A stretch of DNA of 63,936 nucleotides, the filler included, from Globobulimina sp. (taxonomy: Eukaryota), in NCBI GenBank assembly GCA_003354225.1. It is 54 parts of 54 records of this genome, joined end to end, with 100 filler letters (N's around TTAATTAATTAA, not from the genome) between each part and the next. Parts side by side here need not be neighbours in the genome. Positions count along the whole stretch, not along the records: positions 47,447 to 48,531 come from PIVH01023934.1; positions 48,632 to 49,716 come from PIVH01023935.1; positions 49,817 to 50,901 come from PIVH01023936.1; positions 51,002 to 52,086 come from PIVH01023937.1; positions 52,187 to 53,271 come from PIVH01023938.1; positions 53,372 to 54,456 come from PIVH01023939.1; positions 54,557 to 55,641 come from PIVH01023940.1; positions 55,742 to 56,826 come from PIVH01023941.1; 46 more parts are not named here. The stretch is one strand, 5' to 3'. A program made the translations under genes and the position numbers. This document shows positions 47,558 through 60,481 of this stretch, piece by piece (the stretch's first letter is position 1; every line of letters begins with the position of its first letter). The notes below the pieces were generated by a model that saw only the letters and a program-made list of their open reading frames with translations, was not told the origin of the DNA and made no database searches.

Positions 47558-48261
47558 ATGTCACAGTCCAGTTCAACCACAAACTCTCCAACGCCAAAGA
47601 ACCAAACGAACCGGCTCACGGAAGGTATTACTGAATACATTATTGTCGCAATAAGCCGACATTGATCTGTTTTGTTTTGTTTTTAGATGAAATAATTACA
47701 AAACGTGTAACTTATTCTGATGATGTGATGGAAACATGTTTGGAATCATTTTATATGTTTTTTGATGCTTTAAATGATGATAAAAAAGATGCGAAACATA
47801 TTGGTATTTTAGAAAATGATTTATTGAAAAAACTGTTGTGGTGGGAATTAAATTCGCAATTAAAGAAACAAAGTGAGATTACATTAGCCGCTGACATCAA
47901 TATTTATAAACAGCAATTAGAATCATTGCAAATTGAGAGAGAAAATATTATTGACGATATTGAAAAATTAAAAAAACAATTAACTGACGCTAAAATACAA
48001 AGGGACAATGAGGAGGAATACAACATAATGATACAACAAATTAATAAGGAACCAGCCAGGGAGCAAACAACCAAATTGTTGAACGAAATGGAGATCAAAT
48101 TGCAACAAATAAATACCACATTAAATCAATGTACAAAAACCATTGAAATGAGATCAAAACAATGTTACACAGCATTTGCCTCTGTACAAGCATTAAACAG
48201 ATCTATCCTGCAAACTGATGCCATTGTTATTGATGATGATAATGACGTGCATATGCAGTGA
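47558..48261 (+). CDS. THOC7: THO complex subunit 7 (THOC7/Mft1-like); intron 47625-47686
   Basis: TE|DEIITKRV, coiled coil DIEKLKKQLTDAKIQRDNEEEYNIMIQQINKEPAREQT matches THOC7 (L..AK..R.N..EY..L...I...P.R..T). Confidence 0.8.
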
Positions 48262-48359
48262 AATTTGCGCAACCGTTTGTCGTATAAAATTTCTTCCATG
48301 TTTCAGTGCAAGGATATAAATGTTAATATTTACAAAGTTTTTTTAGACTAACTACAAAA

Positions 48360-48531
48360 ATGGGAAACAATAATAGTGCATCCAAAAGTGCAAAACAGCC
48401 CAAATGGATGTCTCTAAAGTCTACTCCATTCGGTCACTTTCCATCAATTACAGTCATGGATTCAAAAAAAATCCTCACCGTACCATTGAATAACTCCTTT
48501 GTTAAATCAGATGGAATATATACATACATTA
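48360..48531 (+). CDS. N-myristoylated, probably Kelch-like protein, 5' fragment
   Basis: MGNNNS start, WMSLKSTPF..DGIYTY. Confidence 0.45.
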
Positions 48532-48687
48532 NNNNNNNNNNNNNNNNNNNNNNNNNNNNNNNNNNNNNNNNNNNNTTAATTAATTAANNNNNNNNNNNNN
48601 NNNNNNNNNNNNNNNNNNNNNNNNNNNNNNNCGATACTTTTTAAATGTGTTTTCACTCATTTATTTCGATCTTTTTCCTAAACTGAC

Positions 48688-49716
48688 ATGTCTTTCTTGA
48701 ACCATTTGGTCTTGTTCACTTTAATTGATTTATTATCGACCGCCAGCAGTGCGAACTTTCAATGCACCGGTTCAAATTGCAAATGTGTAGACGCCACCGG
48801 ATGTGAAACAAATTGCGTGAATGGATTTTGTCAGAATAAGGATTTTATTTGCACAAAAAACATAGATTATTGTTCATTTAATTGCGTTGATGAAGAATCC
48901 TGTCAAAACTCCACTTTTTATATAGCCTCCAATGAATTTTATATGGATTGCATTGGTCCCAATTCATGCAACAATACCGAAGTATATTGCGGAATTCCTC
49001 CACAAATTCCGTCCGACTCTGACACGAATATCGATGAGTTTAACACAGATATGAAAGCATGGTATGATATTCGCAAACGTCTCAATACTAATTAACAAAA
49101 TACAAAATAAAAACACAGTGCAATATCAGCATCCACTTCATCGATGAGAAACAGTTACTTGTCCTGCAACGGCAACATTGCAAACTGTTATATTGATTCT
49201 GCGGCCACTACAATGGGCTCCATATTCGATTCTCAATTCGATTGGTATGTGTTTCTTAATATATTACACTGTAAAATGTATATATGTCAATATACCTGTA
49301 ACTATGCCACAGCTCTGTCGATATTGGACAATGCGAATTTGATTGTAACTATGGCTGTTATCGCTCATTGTATACATGTCAGACACCATCAGCTAATCAA
49401 TGTATTTGCAATGAATGTCAGCAAAATGATGGTGTGATCCTACGAAATATATCCATACCCACTCTATCCATATCAAGCACCGATATCTTAGCAACATCGC
49501 GTGTGTCCACCACCGATACAGCTACAACCACAGCAATCGCCACCACCGAAGGCTCGCACGGTAACACCATCGATATTGATACGGATAAGAATACAAATAA
49601 TGAGAGTATTGTACGCAATGACGGTCCGTTATTTAATTTTACAGATAGCAAGATATCCAACCTTGAGATTTTATACTGTTAAGTGCATGCAAATTCTTTA
49701 AAGTACAAATTCAAAG
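48688..49716 (+). CDS. Secreted/surface Cys-rich repeat protein with Thr-rich stalk, multi-exon
   Basis: Signal peptide, repeated C..C....SC.N....C units, introns near 49062-49118 and 49245-49311. Confidence 0.65.
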
Positions 49717-49869
49717 NNNNNNNNNNNNNNNNNNNNNNNNNNNNNNNNNNNNNNNNNNNNTTAATTAATTAANNNNNNNNNNNNNNNNNNNNNNNNNNNN
49801 NNNNNNNNNNNNNNNNTAAATGACTCGGTGTTTAGTTTTGAATCTTACTGTTAGTCAAAAACAGTCCAA

Positions 49870-50901
49870 GTGCTTTTCATGTTCGGTTTTACGGCCCAAT
49901 TCTGTGGAGTTGACAAAACATGTAATCTGACGCCACCGATTGGATTCCAATATAAATCGGTGAACCAATTAGCAAAAAAAATAAGAAGAATTGGAAAAAA
50001 GTTAAGAATCTTAGATGAGTTTGATGATGGACTAAATGAATTAACTGATTTATTTAAAATAATATTTGACAATATTCATTCATTGCCATTATCTCAATGG
50101 TTTAATGACAAATCATTTGATCGTTGCGTTATTTTATTATTTGGTAAAATCCAAACCATCGCATATCCATTTATCAATAACAAAAAAAACGAAAAAACAC
50201 TGAAAACAGATTTAAAAAAATACCAAAACTTTATCAAAACATTAAATAATTTGTGCCATTCAAACAATAAGCCGCCATTTATCTTATTTTCTAAAAAACA
50301 AAGAAGATCCATTTACAAGTTACATTCAATTATTATATCCTTGAAATCCCTCAAAATAAACAAGTCCTCAATTTTAAAACTAACAGACTTCGAAAAAGAG
50401 AAAATATTTTATGACCATTTAAACTCAAAAAATAGATTAAATAGTTACAATTTATCGGAATTAGAGTCTTATTTGGCATCAAATGATAGAATAAAAAGAG
50501 CAGAATATATACTAAAAAATCGCACTGATCGAGTCTTGTTAATATTGGATGGATGTTACGATATTCATAATCAATATGCAATGCTGCGGACTGCGGAGTT
50601 ATTCGGAGTGCAAAATATATGGATTGTGCGACCTGTGCAATATAGGAATATTGATATAAAAATTGCTAATCGAGTCTCCAAATCATCTCAGAAATGGCTG
50701 AGTAGTCAATTTTTTACATCGTCAAAACAATGTATACAGAAATTAAAAACGGACAAACAACACAAAAACAGAAAGATTTATGTGATGGACACTGGAGTGG
50801 ATGCGATGGAGTTATCGCCGGATGTTATTATTAAACACAACATGGAGAATACAAGAAATAATAAACAAAATGGCAAAGATAAAGAATATTTTGCTATTGT
50901 A
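49870..50901 (+). CDS. SpoU/TrmH-family (SPOUT) RNA 2'-O-methyltransferase with long N-terminal extension; fragment
   Basis: RIKRAEYILKNRTDRVLLILDGCYDIHNQYAMLRTAELFGVQNIWIV, VSKSSQKWL, FAIV(FGNE expected next). Confidence 0.88.
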
Positions 50902-52186
50902 NNNNNNNNNNNNNNNNNNNNNNNNNNNNNNNNNNNNNNNNNNNNTTAATTAATTAANNNNNNNNNNNNNNNNNNNNNNNNNNNNNNNNNNNNNNNNNNN
51001 NTCATCCAAACCACACATATTTCGTCGTGTAATATCAATTTCAGATAAATTGTCCCAAAAAAAAATCAATAATTTCAAAAAAAAACGTAATTCAAATAAT
51101 TTTTCATCCTTAGCACGAATTTCCAAATTACAAATATTACAAAAAAGTTCTTGAATATGATTTGCATAAAAAAACTGACCATATCCCAAAGCATCGCAAA
51201 TCTCAATCCATGCTTTTATATTACAAATATGAGCAAAAAAATGATATAAAATTGTTACTTCATCGCGATTTATCAAATTTTTATAGTTTACATTCTTCTG
51301 TATATTTCAAATAAGTACAAATTAATTAATGAAATATATACAAAGCATATATTACCGACATTATCCAGCACAGCTTGAAATGTGTCGTATTCTCTATTAT
51401 TATAATTGTATAATTGTGCTAATTTATTTGCATTTTGCTTTAAAATGTCGCGCATTGCTACAAATGCCATAGTTTCATGATCGCTCATTGCTTTCTGTGT
51501 TTATGCCAAACTGTAACATATTTATCTGTACATATTTAATAAAAAAGTAACTCTATTTATTGATCTGCGATTTGATTTCGTTTTATTCCTTAATGAATGT
51601 GTGGTTGCCGATGAATTGTATGCAGTGTCTCTGTTATTTTTGTCAAACTGGTTATCATTGATATCATTGTCCTGTACTAAATCTTTAATATAATCCGGTG
51701 TAAATTGCAATGTTGATAGACTCGATGGACCTATTTCAAATTCTCGCTATTTTAAGATACGTATACATATGTTTTTAATTTTTTATATGTGCATCGTTAA
51801 CATAATACTGACGCAGACACTCAACTACAATATAATAACTATAACATACGGAGACAAGACCGTGTGGAACAATTTTATTTACAATGTTGCGTTCAATATT
51901 TCGAACATATCCATCGACCAAGAGTTTCTGTGTTTCAACTACTGCATTATGCATATTAAACCAAGTTTAGCATCGAAAAACTTTATTTCATCGAAAACTT
52001 TAGCAATTTTCATCAAATATGCATCGTTTATTAAAATTCGCAATGATCCTCATATTGTTAATAAAAAATACATGCCGTTATACAGANNNNNNNNNNNNNN
52101 NNNNNNNNNNNNNNNNNNNNNNNNNNNNNNTTAATTAATTAANNNNNNNNNNNNNNNNNNNNNNNNNNNNNNNNNNNNNNNNNNNN

Positions 52187-52466
52187 ATAGCAATAACATA
52201 TGAAGTGAATATTTGCCGAACATATAAAATAAATAATTTGAGATATATATAACAGTACATTTAGATTTGTTTAATTCTATGAATAAATCAGTTCGAAAAA
52301 ATGCCCATTCAAAACATGCAATAACATTAAAAATCCAAACCGCAAAATTTAAGAATGTTAATATCTTTGATATTGTTCTGATTTTCATCTCCTGAGAGAT
52401 TTTGTACGATGCTATAATAATAATTGCAGTTAAAACAAAACCTCCAATAAATCCAAACGCAATCAT
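52187..52466 (-). CDS. Multi-TM (GPCR-like) membrane protein, 5' fragment
   Basis: Three consecutive hydrophobic helices with Cys at the start of TM3. Confidence 0.45.
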
Positions 52467-52753
52467 GGCATATATCCATGATTGAGGTACTGTTATTGTT
52501 ATTGTATTGTGGTTGAATGTTGTCGTGCATGGAAACAGTGAATTACCTACATTGTATACCTTGTGGTCTGTCGTCGTCTATGTCTGCTTTGGTACATAAC
52601 ACAGCAAATATGAGACATGGTATGATTAATGAGTACATTATTCGACTCTATTTAGTTGTTTTTAGCTATTAATTTAGCAGAATTTTAAAATCTGCAATTA
52701 CGAAAAAAACAGCTTATTTCAGAACCATCCCGTCGTAACACACAGCAAACAAT

Positions 52754-53260
52754 ATGGCAGACGAGAAAAAACAACAAGAAGATGTGCTCCGCGTAGTCAT
52801 AACCGGCGCCGCCGGTCAAATCGGCTACTCCATCCTTCCATTATTCGCGACCGGGCAGGTCTTTGGCCCCAACAAGAAGATCATAATGAGTCTCTTGGAA
52901 ATCACGCCAGTCTTACCTGCTTTGGAAGGCGTCCGCATGGAATTGGATGACTGCGCCTATCCCTTAGTCAACGAAATCATATGCACGGACCAACCCGCCG
53001 TGGCCTTCAAAGACTGTGATTATGCCGTATTAGTTGGCGGCTTCCCGCGGAGAAAAGGCATGTTACGCAAGGACTTATTGGCTAAAAATGCGCCGATCTT
53101 CAAATCCATGGGGGAAGCCTTGGAAAAACACGCAAAGAAGACGGTGAAAGTAGTGGTGGTGGCAAACCCCGCCAATACAAACTGTTTAATTTGCGCCACC
53201 AACGCACCATCCATCCCCAAGAAGAATTTCTGTGCCTTAAATCGAGTGGATTATAATAGG
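52754..53260 (+). CDS. MDH1: Cytosolic-type malate dehydrogenase, 5' fragment
   Basis: [66 protein letters not shown]. Confidence 0.96.
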
Positions 53261-53432
53261 TATATTGCACANNNNNNNNNNNNNNNNNNNNNNNNNNNNN
53301 NNNNNNNNNNNNNNNTTAATTAATTAANNNNNNNNNNNNNNNNNNNNNNNNNNNNNNNNNNNNNNNNNNNNATCCAAATCAAAATTCAAAAACTCTCGTG
53401 CATGCAAAAAACAATTTGTATATATATTATCA

Positions 53433-54456
53433 TTGCTAATCATAAGCAGTTTATGCATCATTTTCTCAATATATCCCATAAAAAAAACCTTATCCACCAA
53501 AATAGAAGAAGTCGACACCACATTATGTGAAACACATATATGTTTATATGAAATGACTGACATCGCCAACATTGACATGACCAACCCTCAAATCCAACTC
53601 TTGCAAAGCCATCCATCCACAATCAAGGATGCCTCACAATTTGCATTTGTAAACCTTGAGAAGTTTGCAAGCTCCCCGCAATCAGTAACAATCACGCACT
53701 CTCAAGGAAGTATAGTATCCCTCCCATTAAAAGCTTACACACCGACTGGATTGCATTACTTTGAAGATGGCTTTGAAAATAGATTTTTATTCGCCATAAA
53801 CTCAGAAACGGAAACAGTGGAAGGCTATGCATGGTGCAATGCGCACAAATACGAGTTACATTCCATTGGCAGTGATGATGGATTTTATCTATTTATTGAA
53901 AAAAATAGCATACAAGACACTGATTGGTGCGGTATTTTTGATATAAATACAAAATATAATGATATTATCATTGCAGATGATGATGGCACAGATGATGGGG
54001 ATATGAATGAAGATATTGTGATATGGTTAAATACAAATAATATGATTACAACTCATATCGGTTTGGACTTATTTATCAATAAAGGCATAATAAATGCATA
54101 TGATGACACATTGACCTTTGTCATTGAACCATTATGCTCTGATTTAAGTATTTATGATGGATTTGTGTATTGTTTATCTCCCGATACACAGACATGGAAT
54201 GAGTTTGGTAGTTTAATATTTTATAATTATCAATACTCGACTGGCACATGGCATGAGTTGAGTGGTTTTGCATTGGATCTGGGCGATTCCCGCATAAATG
54301 TGCCAAAGAGTATGGTGGTCAGTGCCGATAACGAGGTGTATGTCTTTGCAGTAAATCCGACGGATTCAATGGTGAATATATATTCATTTACCAGTGCATG
54401 GAGACTGCATCATTATATGCCGGAGATTGGCGGTGATTTGGAGCAGATTGAAATTG
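53433..54456 (+). CDS. Secreted protein fragment, unknown family
   Basis: Signal-peptide-like start, 340+ aa open frame, beta-rich. Confidence 0.5.
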
Positions 54457-54556
54457 NNNNNNNNNNNNNNNNNNNNNNNNNNNNNNNNNNNNNNNNNNNN
54501 TTAATTAATTAANNNNNNNNNNNNNNNNNNNNNNNNNNNNNNNNNNNNNNNNNNNN

Positions 54557-55250
54557 AACTTTTGTGACCAGAAAAATTCTCCAACCATTACGGTATTCTC
54601 AATTGCTTCAACATTAGAAACACTAAAATTTGGATCAAATGGTCCGTTTTCTACTTTTACCCAGGCTATTGAATCAGATGATGACCTATACAGACCTTTT
54701 CCTGTTCCCAAATAATAATAATCAGGTGAAATGCTAAGATGAGTTAATCCTCTTCCGAGACTATCAGGAAAAGAGTGCCATGTATCGCCAAGATCCCATG
54801 ACATATTAAAATCATGTGATGAAATTATGTAATATACCGTATCAGTAGTGATTATCTGTTTACCAAAGATTCCCTCAATGCAGTTAAAGTTAAGCCCCCC
54901 ATCATCAGAATAAAACAACTCATTACTTGCTATTACGTATATATTACCGTTTTGTGTTTTAATCGAAGATATATTCCTATGGTTTAATCCTGTATTATAT
55001 GCAGTCCAATTCCCATTTGTATCAAGAGAATATGCTCCCTGATCAGTGGCACAAAATAATTCTTCGTTATGCAATAAAAACTGATTAACAACTTTTGAAC
55101 CATCAGCAAATTGAACCCATACTGAATCAGTATAATCAAATTTAAACACGGGATATGAAGTTGTAGCACAAAGTAAATTACCATTATACTCGAACATATC
55201 ATTATGGCTTACAATAAATGGTAAGTCACCAGTTGTTTCAGTCCAGCTCC
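54557..55250 (-). CDS. Bacterial BNR/Asp-box beta-propeller protein fragment (Bacteroidota-style)
   Basis: YSDDGGLNF, MSWDLGDTW, GLYRSS..W Asp-box repeats; frame extends upstream as SWTETTGDLPFIVSHNDMFEY. Confidence 0.75.
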
Positions 55251-55421
55251 CCAGTTCATAATTGAAAAATAGAGATTAATTGAAACTCTATCCAATGGAT
55301 CTTCGACCCCTTGCGTTGCAATTCCCAATTTATGACTAATATCTTGTTTTGAAATCCCATGCTTTATTAAGGCATTTACTAACCAGTGTGCTGATACATG
55401 TGATTTGTCATTTCTATACAT
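55251..55421 (-). CDS. AraC-family regulator N-terminal ligand-binding domain (OruR-like), truncated
   Basis: LVNALIKHGISKQDISHKLGI....EDPLDRVSINLYFSIMNW matches L...G.....L...GI....L.DP..RI....Y..L. Confidence 0.65.
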
Positions 55422-55741
55422 TTAATTATTACCTAATTTTAACAATGACTATTGGCGACAAAATAGAACTTGTCAATACCTGGGACAAATGGTCAATTCA
55501 TTGAGACAAACAGTCAAGAAATCAGTCGTGTTTTATATTAATTTAATTACACAAAGATTGACAGTGCTACTGGCATAAATTAACCGGTAGCTTTTTAATG
55601 AACATACAATAATTAAATAAAAGGTCGTTACTATGAAAATANNNNNNNNNNNNNNNNNNNNNNNNNNNNNNNNNNNNNNNNNNNNTTAATTAATTAANNN
55701 NNNNNNNNNNNNNNNNNNNNNNNNNNNNNNNNNNNNNNNNN

Positions 55742-56092
55742 TTCTTTCCTTATTTTACAATTTTGAGAGTTGCATCTTTGCGTAACATGCCTTAAATTAG
55801 ACCATTTATTATTACTTTTATTTTGATCTATATGATCGATAACATTTTCAGGAAAATATCCTTCCATATATAAAAATGCTAATCTATGGCCTCGATATGG
55901 AATATCATTAATATCAATTGAAATATATCCATCTGACCCTAAACATCCAGCAACCTTTTTAGCATATTTTGCATTCCAATTGCGACTATAATTATTAGTA
56001 AAATGATGAACAGGTCTTTCTTTCCATGTAAAAATTCCTGTTTCAGGATCATACAACAAACATTCTTTTAAGTGTTCTTGTGTTAATTTCAT
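55742..56092 (-). CDS. Phage-type HNH homing endonuclease (HNH_3), 3' truncated
   Basis: LTQEHLKECLLYDPETGIFTW, GYISIDI..YRGHRLAFLYMEG, IDHIDQNKSNNKWSNLRHVTQRCNSQN. Confidence 0.93.
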
Positions 56093-56820
56093 TAAATTTC
56101 TTCTTCAATATTTCCAAACAATGTAATATGTAATCTTTGGCTGTAATTATATTTCAATTGGACGCAAATGTCAAACAATTTCTGTTCAAATTCTAATTTT
56201 GATGGAGTCATTGGCATCAACCAAATTTTATTTTTTAAATATAAATCATCATTCCATTTAGAAATTTCTTTTAGATCACTAACAAAATTCTTTTTACTAA
56301 CAACAAATTTAAATATACTTTTTTCTTTTACTTTTAAAAATTTATAGGAAAGTTCATCATAATCCCAATTAACATTTGATGTTTTTAGTTTAGGTGAAAT
56401 GATAATATTATCAAAATTGTTAATAAAGAATTCTGTTTGTATATTTGTAAAATAAGGAAGATAAGCTCCATTTGTTTCAACTTCTAACTTAACACAATAC
56501 TTTTTACATAATGAAATTAAATATCTTAATGATTCAAAATCTAATGAAAAGGGTTCACCACCAGTAATAGTAATCATGTGAGGTTTATGTTCTTTTAAAT
56601 ATAATTTTATATCATCAATAGCTAAATTTTCATTGTAATTTTTTTTACAAATTGTATCACAGAAAGAACATACTTTTTTATTTGGAAAACAATTTTCTGT
56701 ATACAATCTTATAAAAGTTGTTGCTTGACCTGCATTAATACCTTCACCTTGAATTGTAGGGAAGATTGATACAAATTTTAATTTATCCGGCATATGAGGC
56801 ACATGCTCCTTCTGTTTCAT
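56092..56820 (-). CDS. queE: 7-carboxy-7-deazaguanine synthase QueE-like radical SAM enzyme, phage-like context
   Basis: IFPTIQGEGINAGQATTFIRL, C-x6-C-x2-CDT, ITITGGEP, VETNG, IISPKL, FKFVV, IWLMP, YSQRLHITLFG. Confidence 0.9.
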   Translation of the reverse strand: MKQKEHVPHMPDKLKFVSIFPTIQGEGINAGQATTFIRLYTENCFPNKKVCSFCDTICKKNYNENLAIDDIKLYLKEHKPHMITITGGEPFSLDFESLRYLISLCKKYCVKLEVETNGAYLPYFTNIQTEFFINNFDNIIISPKLKTSNVNWDYDELSYKFLKVKEKSIFKFVVSKKNFVSDLKEISKWNDDLYLKNKIWLMPMTPSKLEFEQKLFDICVQLKYNYSQRLHITLFGNIEEEI

Positions 56821-57186
56821 AAATTTNNNNNNNNNNNNNNNNNNNNNNNNNNNNNNNNNNNNNNNNNNNNTTAATTAATTAANNNNNNNNNNNNNNNNNN
56901 NNNNNNNNNNNNNNNNNNNNNNNNNNCATCCACTTTGCCTTTACAACACAACAACCAAATATCACAATTCATGCTGAAATGTATGACATTGAAAAAGTGC
57001 AAAGCGGGCATGATCTTCAAGACTGACTGAAAAGTTTTCAGTTAAAATCATCCGCCATGTCAATGCTTGCAAAGCGAGAACTGTTTCAAACTGACATTTT
57101 GCATTGATACATGCATGGAAATGTACACAAATGCATCACACGCAAAATCAGTTTGCAATTTCGAGCACAAAAAAAAATGAATATAC

Positions 57187-57850
57187 CGTCATATCCGTTA
57201 ATAGGCGGATCCAATACTTCCGGTGCGACATAGCCCAAAGTGCCCACTTCCGTAAACGCTTTGGATTTGATTTGGTTCAAATGTTTGGCCGTCCCGAAAT
57301 CCGTCACTTTGACTCTATACTCTTCATCCAACAATAAATTGTGCGTCTTGAGGTCTCTGTGGATGATATTCTTAGAATGTAAATATTTCATTCCGCGCGC
57401 GATGTCAATCGCCATTAACAACACGTCGTAATAATTGATTTCAATCTTTTCTTCTGCGTCTTTTTGGTGCAACAAATCGTGCAAACAGCCACCGGGCAGC
57501 CACTCCAATACAATGTACAATTCACCAGACACTTCGTCCAAATACGAACCGACCAACATGGCGATGTTGGCATGGCGCAAATTTTTCAACGTATTGGCTT
57601 CCTTATGGAAATCCTCCAAAATCGCAGGCGATAAGTTTTGAAATACAAATTCTTTGACCGCCACGAATACGGTGTTTTTGTACAAGGCTTGATGGACTGA
57701 GGCGGTTTTGCCGCGACCCACATTGTGCGACGTGATAAAGATATCATTCAAATCGATGTTACTGTCGGTTTCCACCAAACTGTCGATCATCGTATCCGGC
57801 AACGGCACTAAATCTTCGACCGGCGAGTTTACTGCGTTTTCATTACCTTC
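57187..57850 (-). CDS. Tyrosine-kinase-like (TKL) protein kinase exon
   Basis: VGRGKTASV, VAVKEF, LRHANI, DIARGMKYLHSKNIIHRDLKTHNLLL, VTDFGTAK, GTLGYVAPE. Confidence 0.93.
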
Positions 57851-58114
57851 ACAGCGCACACACACAAAAAACATATTCAGTTTCAAGTTTCACATAATTC
57901 AGACACACAAAATCGAACGTTACGGGAACATTTTATGCGACATTATTTTGAAACGATTATTTTAGAGTAAGGTCCACTTCACTGAAAAAACACAAAAAAA
58001 CGACCTGTGTTNNNNNNNNNNNNNNNNNNNNNNNNNNNNNNNNNNNNNNNNNNNNTTAATTAATTAANNNNNNNNNNNNNNNNNNNNNNNNNNNNNNNNN
58101 NNNNNNNNNNNAAA

Positions 58115-58883
58115 ATGAAATCATTCATTTCAAAACATTCAATTGCAAAGAATCCAAATATTGTTATTATTTGCCCATTTATTGCAATATTTTCTTTCTT
58201 AATCATTGGATGTTTCCTCACTCAATATCTAAACATTACGTATGGCACAAATCAAAAATATGACAACAAACCATTTGCAAAGCTATTTGAAAGACAAATT
58301 TGTTATTTAGGAACAACCGTTTCTGACTTTCGATGGCTTCATTGTATTGGAATAACATTGTCATCTCTTTGTATTATGTATGTTGTATTTTTAAAACATT
58401 ATTTGATGAATAAAGTATGGCAATATCCAAAATACATTATAATTACAATTGCATTTATTACAAGTTGCTGTTTCTTTATTTTAATGGCGTCGACACCATA
58501 TAATGTTAGACAATGTTATGTCATTCATGGCATTGCATCAAATGTCTCATTCATAATGTTCCATTTCGCAAATTTATTGGATTCGATACATCATTAAACA
58601 AAAAAATGATGGAAATTCATTGGTAACGGTCACAATCAAGGATTATTTAAGTATTTTTTATGGATTATTATGTCCATTCTCATATATTATGTTATGTTGT
58701 TTTGACTTTATACTAATTATAAAGGGAGAGAGACGCATGGTTTTTGGTGTTAACTTAGCATGGCTTTATTTAATATCATTATTCATTGGATTTTCAACAC
58801 AAGCAATACATGGACATTTTCTTAAATTGCATATCATAAAAAATCAAAATGTACTGATTCTACCAAATGAAAATACAAAATAA
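58115..58883 (+). pseudogene. Frag1/DRAM/Sfk1-like multi-TM protein split by a frameshift at ~58595
   Basis: ICYLGTTVSD, HGIASNVSF, six hydrophobic segments across two frames with no GT-AG intron between them. Confidence 0.45.
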
Positions 58884-59296
58884 TGACAGTACAATTGAAA
58901 CAGCCACATGTACAGATTATTGTCATTGCAAACGTAAATAAAAATTGTTGTTCTTTGTTTAATTTGTTTTTTCAGATTGTAAATACATGCATTGCCTATG
59001 TGGTTGTCGAGATCTTTTTGTTCTGATAACTGGTCTTTTTCGTGAGTTATTTGAACGGTTATTTGGTATTAGCAAGTTAATGCTGAATAAGTATTCCATT
59101 CCATATAACAACGTATTGCTTGACCCAAACTGTTATGAATGGATTGTTGATGGACATTTGGGAATAAATTGAGAATCTATGCAATAATCTTTGTTTNNNN
59201 NNNNNNNNNNNNNNNNNNNNNNNNNNNNNNNNNNNNNNNNTTAATTAATTAANNNNNNNNNNNNNNNNNNNNNNNNNNNNNNNNNNNNNNNNNNNN

Positions 59297-60215
59297 AAGT
59301 TTATAATCAATCACAAATCCAGTCACATACTTCTTTATCATATTTGCTATTTGATTGGGTGTAAATGAAAACGAAGTCACATTAAAATCTGTATATCTCT
59401 TTAAATCGCCTTCATACTCCATCAAATCTATCATACTGTTAATACAATCCGGCATATACATCATTGGGAGAGCCGTGTCTTTACCAATAAACGATGTATA
59501 CTTTCCTTTTAATATCGCATCATAAAATATATGAACTGCATAATCTGTGGTACCGCCTCCTGGCATGGCAAATATTGATATAATTCCTGGCAATCTTAAC
59601 GCAAAATTATCATACACTGTATACCATTGTGTGTGCGTGAATGGATTTGTATACAATGTATGATAACGTATACCTTAATCCTCTTATATTCATTCCATAT
59701 TTTTTATTGTAATAATTGGCTAAAACCTCGCCAGCTACTTTAGTGACACCATACATTGATTCGGGATGCATTGCACAAGTTTGTGAGGCCAATTTCATGT
59801 CAGGCACATCAGGACCAAATGCACCGATTGATGATGGTAGTAATATATTTTTAATATTCCGCTTGCGTGCAATTTCTAAAATATTTATGGTTCCATTCAT
59901 ATTGACATCCCAACATAATAATGGATTTGCTTCGCCTGTTCCACTCAATATTGCAGCTAAATGATATATGGTATCAATATTTGTATATTTATTGAATACG
60001 GATGATATAGATTCGACATTGCAGACATCAATATTCATCAGAAAGGGACCGGGTGCTAATTTATTTAAGATTTTTGATGGTTTTGTTTTACGACCAATAC
60101 CAATTACATTAGTATTGCCATATCGATTTCGCAATTCAAGTAATAATTCTGTGCCGATTTGTCCTGCTGCTCCGGTTACTAAAATGCATCGGTTTTGGTT
60201 TGGAGTGGTTGACAT
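59297..60215 (-). CDS. TDH: SDR-type L-threonine 3-dehydrogenase (NAD-dependent epimerase fold); intron 59595-59673
   Basis: [72 protein letters not shown]. Confidence 0.92.
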
Positions 60216-60481
60216 GCTCGACGTGAATGAAAGTCACTTCTCAAAAAAACCGAGTACTGACTTGCTAGTTTTGAACATTAATTTGACACTCTTCAAAACG
60301 TATATACGTTAATACGTAAAAGGATTTCAAACAAAAAAGAAGAAATTTCCAGCAAACAATTATAGTTTGGAAACAAAAGAANNNNNNNNNNNNNNNNNNN
60401 NNNNNNNNNNNNNNNNNNNNNNNNNTTAATTAATTAANNNNNNNNNNNNNNNNNNNNNNNNNNNNNNNNNNNNNNNNNNNN

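Noticed and set aside
53433-53950. Reprolysin-like prodomain (WCG cysteine switch)
   Set aside because: No HExxH catalytic motif follows in the visible sequence
58595-58610. Stop-codon reassignment (TAA/TGA read-through)
   Set aside because: Downstream ORF is in a different frame, and other genes end normally at TAA/TGA with no in-frame stops in conserved domains
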